A DNA stretch of 64,000 nucleotides, taken from assembly GCA_011364905.1 (NCBI GenBank), contig RDNZ01000006.1, positions 34,865-98,864 of the forward strand, read 5' to 3'. Source of the stretch: Candidatus Thorarchaeota archaeon. GTDB lineage: Archaea > Asgardarchaeota > Thorarchaeia > Thorarchaeales > Thorarchaeaceae. The translations under genes were made by a program, and so were the position numbers. Each line of letters opens with the position of its first letter. The stretch's first letter is position 1. The notes beneath the pieces are model-generated. The model was not told the origin of the DNA. It was given only the letters and a program-made list of their open reading frames with translations, and ran no database searches. Positions 28,440 to 36,936 of the stretch are shown in pieces.

Positions 28440-29018
28440 CTATTTCTCACCTCCATCCTCGCTATTGGAGCTCTTCATATCACTCAGTTGTTTGTTGACC
28501 CAATTGAGTTCATGCTGCAGGTAAGAACGATACTGTTTTAGGAACTCGAGGTGTTTCTGAGAGCAACTGCCAGTTTCGCATCTGGCCTTCATGGCTGCAA
28601 ATCCAATTGGGCTACGTTCACGAACGGTCCAGTCCAATAGAGGCGCAGCCGCCCTCTCACCAGCCTGACTCACAAGAAAACGCCAGATTTTTCCCTGAGC
28701 GCCCCACTCAACATCGAGGTTTTGTAGAGCAGCGGAAAGCACTTGTTTTCCCTTTTGGGTCAGTTGATATTCAACAGTGTCCGGCCCTTCTTCTTGAAGG
28801 ACATGAGTGCCTTGGATCAACTCCTTTTCGACCAGTCGATGAAGCGCAGGATAGATAGTCCCGCTCTTTACCCTCCTTGGCCCAAGGCGTTCTCCAAGTT
28901 TCTGGATTACGATGTATCCATGAGCTGGATTGTTCTTTAGAATTGCGAGAATGAGCAGTTCAACTGGACTGAGTCTTGTCCCTTGAGATGTGTGCCTGCT
29001 CATACCATGGAAAGCCAT
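28440..29018 (-). CDS. PadR-family transcriptional regulator
   Basis: ILAILKNNPAHGY, SGTIYPALHRL, YQLTQKG. Confidence 0.92.
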   Translation of the reverse strand: MAFHGMSRHTSQGTRLSPVELLILAILKNNPAHGYIVIQKLGERLGPRRVKSGTIYPALHRLVEKELIQGTHVLQEEGPDTVEYQLTQKGKQVLSAALQNLDVEWGAQGKIWRFLVSQAGERAAAPLLDWTVRERSPIGFAAMKARCETGSCSQKHLEFLKQYRSYLQHELNWVNKQLSDMKSSNSEDGGEK

Positions 29019-29071
29019 ATGTAGACACCAACTTATGTAGAGCTCTACTTATGCTATGTAGACATCTACAT
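29019..29071. promoter_or_regulatory. Three copies of a 16-bp palindromic operator ATGTAGA-NN-TCTACAT upstream of padR
   Basis: ATGTAGACACCAACTT 29019-34, ATGTAGAGCTCTACTT 29035-50, ATGTAGACATCTACAT 29056-71; abuts minus-strand CTTATAT. Confidence 0.7.
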
Positions 29072-29262
29072 ATAAGTCTTGAGCAATGTTGTGAGTATTA
29101 TAGACGTGCCATTGACATTGGGATCGGCCACGACAAGTCTTGGATGGAAAGTCGGATTACCATTCATGGTAATGGCATTTATCCTTCCAATTATCATGCT
29201 CAATGAGTTAACTGTCAAATGAACAAGTCCGATACTGCAAAGAATAACAAAAGCTCTAGGAG

Positions 29263-29949
29263 CTAACGAGGTTCAATTTGAACGTGTTGAAAAGACTCCT
29301 GCGGATGGTCATGAAGAACCACCGAACTCTGGGTTTGTTTGAGGTTCCACGGAGCAGTAAGAAATATGATTGCATGAGGACGAGACTTCTTATCAACATT
29401 GACGTAACCCTTCTTCATAAGCTCCTTCACAAGTTTCCTGATAACGCTCTTTTTATCGCCAGTGACTTGAGCAAGCTGTTTGTAGTCAGTACGGTGATAT
29501 CTTTGGATGACTTTGAGAAGATTGAACTCCGGAATTGAATCGATCGCCGCGTGAAGAGATTCGTTCTCTCGTCTGATTGCGTTCTCATCACCCTCCAGAA
29601 GTCTGCCTATCTCCGCTCGGAGGTCTTGGATTTCCTCGTTGAATGATAGACGTTCAGCTTCATAACGTGCAATGACACCATTCGACGAATGGACCAGCTC
29701 AGCACTTAGATCATTTCCCAATCCATCTAGTGCCTCGCGTGAGGCCATTCGGGACTCTTTGATGATTCCAATAATGTCTTCAGTTTCCAACCACTGGCCC
29801 TCAATCAAGTCCTCCATCTGTGAAAAATACGTGTCCAGCCTTTTAACCCATAAATCACGGACCTCCTGCAATACCCCAGCAACACGAAGAGTCATTCTTG
29901 CCGCATTGTCATCGGTGGTTGTCATCAGTGTCACAATCACAAAATGCAT
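29263..29949 (-). CDS. Hypothetical coiled-coil protein with C-terminal winged helix
   Basis: Heptads LSFNEEIQDLRAEI; YKQLAQVTGDKKSVIRKLVKELMKKGYV. Confidence 0.7.
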   Translation of the reverse strand: MHFVIVTLMTTTDDNAARMTLRVAGVLQEVRDLWVKRLDTYFSQMEDLIEGQWLETEDIIGIIKESRMASREALDGLGNDLSAELVHSSNGVIARYEAERLSFNEEIQDLRAEIGRLLEGDENAIRRENESLHAAIDSIPEFNLLKVIQRYHRTDYKQLAQVTGDKKSVIRKLVKELMKKGYVNVDKKSRPHAIIFLTAPWNLKQTQSSVVLHDHPQESFQHVQIEPR

Positions 29950-30001
29950 CTTGGCAAAATTAGAGCTAGTGTCACGTGGGTATGACCTGCGTTGCCTTTG
30001 G

Positions 30002-30838
30002 TCATGCTTCTACCCAAAAAACCCTATCTTTAATGCTCTCAATTGTACTTGGCCAAAGATTGTATGATAGTCCAACATTTGCCATAAGAGGAACTGTGTC
30101 ATCCACCATAAATACCTCAAGACCTGTACAGTAGTACAATGGTGTGATATCAACCGTCTTCATCTGATTCTCACTTATGTCAAGCCACAGGAGATTCGGA
30201 CACTCACGCAAGGTGTCCAAGTCGATTTGGAGAAACCCTGCAGACCTCAACCAAAGACCTTCTAGAGCTTTGCAGTTCTTCAGTGGAGATATGTCCAATT
30301 GCTCCAGTTGATTGCCCTCAAGAAACAGCTCCTGAAGATTCAAACAACCTGACAGGGGTTCCAAACCAATATCATAAAGCTCATTGTTATCAAGTCTTAG
30401 AAATCGAAGTACTGCACTCTTTCTCAGGGGTGAAAGATCAATCTCGTGGAAGTCATTAGACTGAAGATTCAACTCCTGAAGTTTCAAACAGGACATTAAT
30501 GGAGATAAATCAATACGCTGAAGTTTGTTGATCTCAAGAGACAGCGCATCAAGATTGGCACAACTCTCGATTCCAGTGAGATCGATTGAAGATATCAGAT
30601 TAGAACTTAGATTCAGTCTCTCAAGACTTGGACAATCCCTCAACGGCTCAAGATCTATTTTTCTGATTAGATTGGCTGAAAGATTGATTTCTCTCAGTGT
30701 TTTGCACTGAGTTAATTGTGACAAATCAATTTCAACGATTTTTCGTCCAGAGAGGTCAACCACCTTGACATCATCTTGTGTCTGGAAGTAGAGCTCGACA
30801 CCATTTTCGATTCTGAACGAGATATTGATTTCAACCAT
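30002..30838 (-). CDS. Leucine-rich repeat protein
   Basis: 23-aa repeats LxxLxLxxNxLxxIDLxPLxxC. Confidence 0.92.
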   Translation of the reverse strand: MVEINISFRIENGVELYFQTQDDVKVVDLSGRKIVEIDLSQLTQCKTLREINLSANLIRKIDLEPLRDCPSLERLNLSSNLISSIDLTGIESCANLDALSLEINKLQRIDLSPLMSCLKLQELNLQSNDFHEIDLSPLRKSAVLRFLRLDNNELYDIGLEPLSGCLNLQELFLEGNQLEQLDISPLKNCKALEGLWLRSAGFLQIDLDTLRECPNLLWLDISENQMKTVDITPLYYCTGLEVFMVDDTVPLMANVGLSYNLWPSTIESIKDRVFWVEA

Positions 30839-30908
30839 ATAATAGACTCCAGCCTATCTTTCACGTGTGTTTGCTACGTTCTTCTCATAAATCGTTAGGT
30901 GTTATAAT

Positions 30909-31643
30909 TCAAACTCGTGTTGAGTGTTCCGGTACCTCGTGGGACCATTGTATTTCTTCTAACCTTTCATTGATCGGGTCAGGAAAGTAAGGAAGATGTT
31001 TGAGCTTGTGATTGGCGGTCAACTCAACAATGTCATCCACAACAAATGACTCCAAATTATCGAAGTGAAACAGCACCGAAATGTCAAGAGTATGCATCTG
31101 GTTTTCGTTGAGGTGAAGATATCTCATGTCCGTGGAGCGCTCCAAGGGGCTAAGATCAATTTTCCGAAGGCGGTTACCCGAAAGTACCAGATATTGTAGT
31201 TTTGATAGCTGTTTGAGAGGACTAAGGTCCAATTCCGTAAGCTCGTTGTCAGCCATATAGAGCCATCTCAATTCTTTGCACGACTGTAGCGGCGATATAT
31301 CCGCATCAATGAGCTGGTTATCAGAGATCTCAAGTGCTTGAAGCTCGAAGCACCTAGATAATGGTTGCAGATTTATGTGAGTCAGCTCATTAGAAGTAAT
31401 ACTGAGAATCTTCAGATTCCTACAGCCTGCCAAGGGCGAGAGATCAATCTCAGTGAGGAGATTCGAGTCAAGATTGAGTTTCTCCAGTTTTCCACATTGA
31501 TTCAAAGGCTCTAAGCTCACTGATTTTATACTAGTGTCTGAAAGATCAATCTCAGTGAAGTAGTCATCTTTAACGACCTGATACTTCTCTCCGTCTGATG
31601 CAACATACCTAATGGTGAACCGTGTCACCTCGTTCCTCTCCAT
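30909..31643 (-). CDS. Leucine-rich repeat protein (paralogue of neighbour)
   Basis: Same IDLSPL 23-aa LRR and VDD.V.L.AN cap. Confidence 0.92.
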   Translation of the reverse strand: MERNEVTRFTIRYVASDGEKYQVVKDDYFTEIDLSDTSIKSVSLEPLNQCGKLEKLNLDSNLLTEIDLSPLAGCRNLKILSITSNELTHINLQPLSRCFELQALEISDNQLIDADISPLQSCKELRWLYMADNELTELDLSPLKQLSKLQYLVLSGNRLRKIDLSPLERSTDMRYLHLNENQMHTLDISVLFHFDNLESFVVDDIVELTANHKLKHLPYFPDPINERLEEIQWSHEVPEHSTRV

Positions 31644-31745
31644 TTTTTATTTGTAGTTTCCCTTGATTTCTTTTGCGTTTATGTCATGAACCATAATAAA
31701 GGTCACTCGTCAAAGAAAAAATGTCGCGAAATGTGTCAATATGCT

Positions 31746-32297
31746 TCAACTTCGGTCTAAATGAGCCCATGGCAGAGGGTCTGGTATAGTTTGCGCAAAC
31801 CTGTTGATGATTTCTCGAACGCCATCTGGGTTGTGAACTCCATCGAACACAAGAGCGGGTTTTTCGTCGTCCACTGATGTGTATATCTCAACGTCACCCA
31901 TCCCCACTTTCCGTTCATCAGGAGGCCCAGAGCAATGAAGCATTGCAATTTCATCATAAAAGACTCTCTTGGTCTTTCGTGAAAAGACTCCTGTTCGTAC
32001 TCTCACATTCCAGGTGGTTATAATGTATAGTGTAAACCATCGCCTGCTTTCAGCCCAGGCAACCAATATAATACCAAAAATCATTGCCCCAGCACTTAAT
32101 GACCAAGATACCAAATCACGAGGAAGCCCGCCATAAGAAGTAACGGTCATAAAACCCATCCCGACAATAAAGACAACAGTCCCAAATACATAGTAAAAGA
32201 TGAATGAGGCTCGCTTGGGATAGAATATACTCACCAATCGTTCCCTCGATTCTGCGGGGAAAGGTTCTTCGGGACTTGTTTCAGTCATAAGGTCCAC
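31746..32297 (-). CDS. Membrane-flanked bacterial PH domain (bPH_2) protein
   Basis: 2 TMs then YIITTWNVRVRTGVFSRK...GMGDVEI...FDGVHNP. Confidence 0.8.
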   Translation of the reverse strand: MDLMTETSPEEPFPAESRERLVSIFYPKRASFIFYYVFGTVVFIVGMGFMTVTSYGGLPRDLVSWSLSAGAMIFGIILVAWAESRRWFTLYIITTWNVRVRTGVFSRKTKRVFYDEIAMLHCSGPPDERKVGMGDVEIYTSVDDEKPALVFDGVHNPDGVREIINRFAQTIPDPLPWAHLDRS

Positions 32298-32372
32298 TCG
32301 GGAGGTTCGTTGTAATCAACTTATGAAGATGTCGACAAATCTATCCAGTATTTTTGCCATATATTTTCTTTT

Positions 32373-32933
32373 CTAGAGTTTCGCCCCACACTCTGAACAC
32401 TTTGTCAAACCTTGCTCATTCTTTGCACCACAATTGGGACAACTGATTAGTACTACTTTTTCCCGTTCTATGGTATGTCTCACTTCTGGCGTTGGAGTTA
32501 CTTGATCTCCTGAGGTTGGAGTTTCATGTTCTACTGCTTCATCGGTAGGATAAATCTCCCATAATCTATCACACGCATGCACAACATGACCAACTAGAGT
32601 CTTAACTTCGTCACCAGTAAGGTCCGTGTCGTTGCTTTCTGCAAGGACAATGATGTCATCTTCGTTATCAATAGCAAACTTCACACCATTTGCTTTCCAA
32701 GATTCTTTTAGCATATCATACGCAAGTTTCATCCTATTTGCTTCTGCAACTTCATAGAAATTAGTGAATGGTGCGATGATGTAAACCCACGTTTCCTCTT
32801 CATTTGATTCAATCCTAATTTTTAGGTCTTCAAAGTGGTTCGTCTTCCACCTCATCATCAAGACGCGGTCTTCTCGTGTATACTTAATTTCGAGAGAATC
32901 AAGCAATGAAGCAATATGGTCTATAACACTCAA
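32373..32933 (-). CDS. YbjN-like domain protein with C-terminal zinc ribbon
   Basis: VKFAIDNEDDI YbjN-like motif; CPNCG..CSECGAKL; TTG start after GAGGTG. Confidence 0.7.
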   Translation of the reverse strand: MSVIDHIASLLDSLEIKYTREDRVLMMRWKTNHFEDLKIRIESNEEETWVYIIAPFTNFYEVAEANRMKLAYDMLKESWKANGVKFAIDNEDDIIVLAESNDTDLTGDEVKTLVGHVVHACDRLWEIYPTDEAVEHETPTSGDQVTPTPEVRHTIEREKVVLISCPNCGAKNEQGLTKCSECGAKL

Positions 32934-33122
32934 TGCGAGCACCTCTTTGGTGCATGCCATTGGTTACATATTAAGGTGTTTGGGGCCGGTTGGAGCGGAT
33001 TCCAAGTGAACCTGTAGTACATCAGAAGAATCACTGGCTCAGGTTTATTTACCTTCAAACGTATAGCTAAACAAGTAGCCAGCAGCAGGGTAAAACTCGT
33101 CAGTAGGAGATGCGCGACAGAT

Positions 33123-34091
33123 ATGCAGAGCTTAATTGCAATGGCGGCACTGTTGAGAGAGATATCATTTGGAATACTGATAGCTGGATTAGTCTACACG
33201 TTTGGATTGTTCGCGCTAGGAAGACTCTTTGCCGCTATTTCTGACCATGGCTCATTTGACCATGATGTTGATCATGACATAGATCATGATGTTGACCACG
33301 ATATCGATCATGGCGTAGACCATGATATTGGACATGAAGTCGACCACGACTATGACCATGATATCGGACATGAGGTCGATCATGACTATGATCATGATGT
33401 TGGACACGGATACGATGTTGAACACATAGAGGTCGATCATGACCTTGACCATGATGTTGACCACGGAGAGGTTGACCATGACCTTGACCATGATGTTGAC
33501 CACGATATCGATCATGGCGTAGACCACGATGTAGATCATGGTGTAGACCATCACATTGAACATGATCATGACATTGATGTCCATCATGAAGTCCCAGTTG
33601 ACAAATCAGGATACTTTGAAACTGAACGCGGTGCACCAATGGGTGTTACGATAGGAACCTCACTTGTCACCTTTGGTTTTTTGGGCTCTATTCTTTATTA
33701 TGAGGGAATCATGTTCCCACTTGTTGGAAAACTGGCTGTTCATTTCATTAGCGTTGCAGTATTGGTCTATGCAGTGCGAAGTGTTCTCGGAAAAGTATTC
33801 GTTGAAGCTGGTTTCATGATTGAACCCAGACATTTGGTTGGCAAACAAGTAGAAGCAGTTTCGACAATAAATGATGGATTTGGCGAAATTCGAATAGAAA
33901 CTGAAATGGGGCTTCGGCGTTTCCACGCAAGGCCATTTCAGAAAGGCGTTGTGTTTCAAAAAGGAACAGAATTGTATATTGTATCAGCAGATGACAAGTT
34001 CGCCTATGTTGACCCGAGAAAAGATGTCGTCAAATGGCTTCAAAAGCAAAGCCAGAAACCTCGGGAAGAAAAGCTGACCAAGAAAGACTAG
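33123..34091 (+). CDS. NfeD/YqiJ-like membrane protein with long His/Asp-rich repeat
   Basis: N-terminal TM, DHDV repeats, 2 TMs, OB-fold LVGKQVEAVSTI..GFGEI; directly upstream of flotillin. Confidence 0.8.
   Translation: MQSLIAMAALLREISFGILIAGLVYTFGLFALGRLFAAISDHGSFDHDVDHDIDHDVDHDIDHGVDHDIGHEVDHDYDHDIGHEVDHDYDHDVGHGYDVEHIEVDHDLDHDVDHGEVDHDLDHDVDHDIDHGVDHDVDHGVDHHIEHDHDIDVHHEVPVDKSGYFETERGAPMGVTIGTSLVTFGFLGSILYYEGIMFPLVGKLAVHFISVAVLVYAVRSVLGKVFVEAGFMIEPRHLVGKQVEAVSTINDGFGEIRIETEMGLRRFHARPFQKGVVFQKGTELYIVSADDKFAYVDPRKDVVKWLQKQSQKPREEKLTKKD
33243..33590 (+). repeat. Coding 12-bp degenerate tandem repeat (D-H-D/G/E-V/I/Y/L) with an exact 38-bp internal duplication
   Basis: ~30 His in ~115 aa; CATGATGTTGACCACGATATCGATCATGGCGTAGACCA at 33285 and 33489. 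Confidence 0.9.
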
Positions 34092-34288
34092 TTCTCTGCG
34101 CAGATTTATATCCCCTCAAAACAAAGAGTAAACAAGTGCGTTCGTAGGATGGCTACCAACTGCTCTGAGAGAGACACGTTGAGAGTGGAGTTCACTGTCA
34201 CTCTATTCAGTGATACGAAGCAAAAGGTGTCGGACGGACAGGGGGTAAAATGGACGAGGGCACAGAGATAAAGTAAGAAGGAAAACAA

Positions 34289-35611
34289 ATGCAAGCAAGT
34301 ATAATGGACTGGTTCGCAAACAACATTGCGCTCTCCATCGCTTTATTGATTATAATGGTTATACTTCTGTCTTTCATCTACGTTAGAAAGTATGTTAGGA
34401 TATTCGATCCAAACATCTTCTATGTCCATTTGAGACGGGGCAAAGCGATCAAACAGGGTGAAGGAGGCATGGTAATCCGAATTCCCTTCTTCGATCGCAT
34501 CCTGGCAGTGGATAGGACCGTTCAACAGCTGAATATATCAGCTGAATCAGTCCTCTCAAAGGAAAAGCAGAAGATTCGACTAAGTGCTGTTCTTCAATGG
34601 CAGGCAGAGAATGCTATTGCCACCATAAACAATGTGATGTGGAAAGAAATTCCAAGTAGACTAACAGCAATTATTGAGTCAGTTATTCGTACAGCATGCG
34701 CTCAGTTATCAGTCGAAATGATTCTTGAAGAACGGCAGTTGATCATTGAAGCAATCAAGAAGGAACTAATCGACATTGTTTCGGAATGGGGCCTAAAGGT
34801 TGTTACTGTAGAACTGGTCGATGTCACAGTGGTCAACGAATCATTCTTGAGAGATATGTCTAAACCTCGTGAAGCTGAGATGCATCGCCTTGCGCAAATC
34901 GCTCTTATCGAGGCTGATCAGTCAACAGGCACCCGAGATATTGAGAGAAGCAAAGTCCTTCGCGAGCAGGAAATTGCGCGTGACAAGGTCATTGGTGTAC
35001 AGGAACAATCTCAGTTGAGGGACATCCAAGAGGCCGAGAAGCAGCGTGAGCAGAGTGTCCTTGAGATTGCACTTCAGAAAGACCTGATGCAGAAGAAATA
35101 CGAGAAGCAACAAGCTGAGGTTGAAGCCTCAAAAGACCTTGAAGTTGCAAAACTTGCAGCTGAAGCACAAAAACAAAGAAAGATCAAGGAAGAGGTCGAA
35201 GTCCAAGCGCAGAGGATAGTTCAAGAAGCTCAGGCTGAAGCTAACAAAATCAGCATGGTCGCTGAGGCTGAAGCAGGCCAAATCCTGAAAGTCACAAGTG
35301 CGCAAGCTGAAGGTATCAAGAAAACGCTCGAGGCAGCACGAGACTACTCTCCACAAGCCTTTGCCAGAGACTTTCTACAGATACTACCTGAGATCTACAA
35401 GCAGATAGACATTGGCGATGTCACACTGTTTGGTGGTGGAGCAGGTACAGGCGGCGTTGAAGGTGAAGAGGGCGGAGGAGGAGCTCAAGCATTCCAGGTG
35501 TTTGGCAATGTATTGATCCCGATGATGCTCATGGCACGAATGATGGGTTTTGACTTCAAGAGTCTCATGAAAGATGCACTGGGCGAGATGGCCACAAAGG
35601 ACGAGAAATAA
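34289..35611 (+). CDS. SPFH/Band-7 flotillin-like protein
   Basis: N-terminal TM, SPFH domain (IPFFD..., WGLKVVTVEL), AE-rich coiled coil (EAQAEA, AEAEA). Confidence 0.92.
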   Translation: MQASIMDWFANNIALSIALLIIMVILLSFIYVRKYVRIFDPNIFYVHLRRGKAIKQGEGGMVIRIPFFDRILAVDRTVQQLNISAESVLSKEKQKIRLSAVLQWQAENAIATINNVMWKEIPSRLTAIIESVIRTACAQLSVEMILEERQLIIEAIKKELIDIVSEWGLKVVTVELVDVTVVNESFLRDMSKPREAEMHRLAQIALIEADQSTGTRDIERSKVLREQEIARDKVIGVQEQSQLRDIQEAEKQREQSVLEIALQKDLMQKKYEKQQAEVEASKDLEVAKLAAEAQKQRKIKEEVEVQAQRIVQEAQAEANKISMVAEAEAGQILKVTSAQAEGIKKTLEAARDYSPQAFARDFLQILPEIYKQIDIGDVTLFGGGAGTGGVEGEEGGGGAQAFQVFGNVLIPMMLMARMMGFDFKSLMKDALGEMATKDEK

Positions 35612-35632
35612 CGAAAACAGAAAAAGTAGAGA

Positions 35633-35665
35633 AAGTCGGCGAGGGAATTATATCTTCGCCGGCTT
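35633..35665. terminator. GC-rich hairpin between convergent flotillin and tusA
   Basis: AAGTCGGCGAGG / TCTTCGCCGGCTT inverted repeat preceded by an A-rich tract. Confidence 0.55.
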
Positions 35666-35713
35666 GAATTCTAAGGAGCGTCCTACCTGAAGCTCACTGC
35701 GTAATTCTGTTTC

Positions 35714-35953
35714 TCACTTTACACGCTTGATGTACCAGATGAGTTTATCGCCTTCTTCAACAACCTCGAGGATTTCATTTCCAGTCCTGGAAGACCAGGC
35801 TGGAAAGTCCTTCTTGGTCCCAACGTCTGTGGCGATGACCTTCAAGATCTCGCCGACAGCAACTTCCTGAATCTCTTTCTTCGTCTTCAAAATAGGCATT
35901 GGACACCTTAGTCCGCTGGCATCAAACTCTCTTGCTACTTGATGTTCTGTCAT
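35714..35953 (-). CDS. tusA: Sulfurtransferase TusA/SirA family
   Basis: DASGLRCPMPIL, GEILKVIATD, DFPAW. Confidence 0.92.
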   Translation of the reverse strand: MTEHQVAREFDASGLRCPMPILKTKKEIQEVAVGEILKVIATDVGTKKDFPAWSSRTGNEILEVVEEGDKLIWYIKRVK

Positions 35954-36100
35954 AGTCTATCGCCTTCCGTTCGACTTTTACGGGGTTTTATGCATTCCTA
36001 TACCGCAACGATGAGATGTAGCTCAAACCGGTGGTTACAACGAAGTTCGTCGGATTAGACATATTTATTAATTATTATCTGAAGCATCGGCAAAATAAAG

Positions 36101-36502
36101 GTGTACGAAATGGCACTGTTCCAATTAATTCTGTTCGTTCTACTAGCCCTGAATGTGAGCACGATGTTCTCAGGATTCATGTTGGCTAGGAGGATGGGCT
36201 ACTATCTTATGACTCAAGTCATGTTGTTGATGATAGCGATGTTTGTTAGCATTGGTGTACTGCTAGTTGGAGTTTTCTTCCCGCCAGTTCCAACAATGTT
36301 TGACTTGCTTCATATCCTACTTATTGTAGACTTCGTATTGATACTATTGGCCACACTGATGCAATTTGTAACAGTTGTTCCAATTCTTATGAAGACAATG
36401 CAGGGCGGTCCCTTCCATAGCTCTCACAACACCAACCTATTGGTGACTCTGTTCTTGCTACTTGGACTTGTCCTCTATTATGTTGAACTCGCAGTACTTT
36501 AG
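36101..36502 (+). CDS. Hypothetical 4-TM membrane protein upstream of dsrE
   Basis: Four hydrophobic helices; 13-bp gap to dsrE. Confidence 0.7.
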   Translation: MYEMALFQLILFVLLALNVSTMFSGFMLARRMGYYLMTQVMLLMIAMFVSIGVLLVGVFFPPVPTMFDLLHILLIVDFVLILLATLMQFVTVVPILMKTMQGGPFHSSHNTNLLVTLFLLLGLVLYYVELAVL

Positions 36503-36515
36503 GAGATGATATAGA

Positions 36516-36878
36516 ATGCCTAGTATTTACATAATTTCCCAGTGGGGTCCCGAAGCGGCTGAGCGATGTTTTGGTCCTTTCGTTACCGGTACCACTGCAC
36601 AAGCTCAGGATGTTGATGCTAACATCTTTTTGATGATGGATGCAGTTATGTTGGTGAAGAAGGGGGTTGCAGGAAAGGTAAAAGCGCCTGGGTTCCCTCC
36701 ACTTCCTGATTTAATCGACGCTTTCCTTGAAGCAGGTGGAAGTATTCAGGTTTGCTCCAATTCAGCAGAATTTAGAGGCATTACTGAGAAAGACTTTTGT
36801 GACCCGCGAATCGAGATTGCTGGCGCTGCCACAATGATCGATGAAACCCTCAAGCACGACAAAACAATGTTCTTCTAG
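36516..36878 (+). CDS. DsrE/DsrF-family sulfur relay protein
   Basis: IFLMMDAV, GGSIQVCSNSAEFRGI, IAGAA; GGAG upstream. Confidence 0.88.
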   Translation: MPSIYIISQWGPEAAERCFGPFVTGTTAQAQDVDANIFLMMDAVMLVKKGVAGKVKAPGFPPLPDLIDAFLEAGGSIQVCSNSAEFRGITEKDFCDPRIEIAGAATMIDETLKHDKTMFF

Positions 36879-36889
36879 AACTTCAAATC

Positions 36890-36921
36890 AGAGGGGTTCG
36901 CCCCTCTCACTTCTTATTTTT
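36890..36921 (+). terminator. AGAGGGG-TTCG-CCCCTCT hairpin with T-rich tail
   Basis: Perfect 7-bp stem, UUCG loop, TTCTTATTTTT downstream; lies between convergent genes. Confidence 0.75.
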
Positions 36922-36936
36922 GTGACTAATTTCATT

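Noticed and set aside
29079-29222. 47-aa hydrophobic ORF (TTG start) divergent from padR, possible transporter remnant
   Set aside because: Weak start, starts almost on the operator/TATA, no convincing family motif
33243-33590. Possible CRISPR array or non-coding repeat
   Set aside because: No unique spacers; variation is at synonymous positions of an in-frame coding repeat; no cas genes
33235-33639. Two antisense ORFs (HHGQGH-rich and MIV-rich) over the DHDV repeat
   Set aside because: Shadow frames produced by the stop-free 12-bp repeat; the plus-strand NfeD frame has a recognisable architecture
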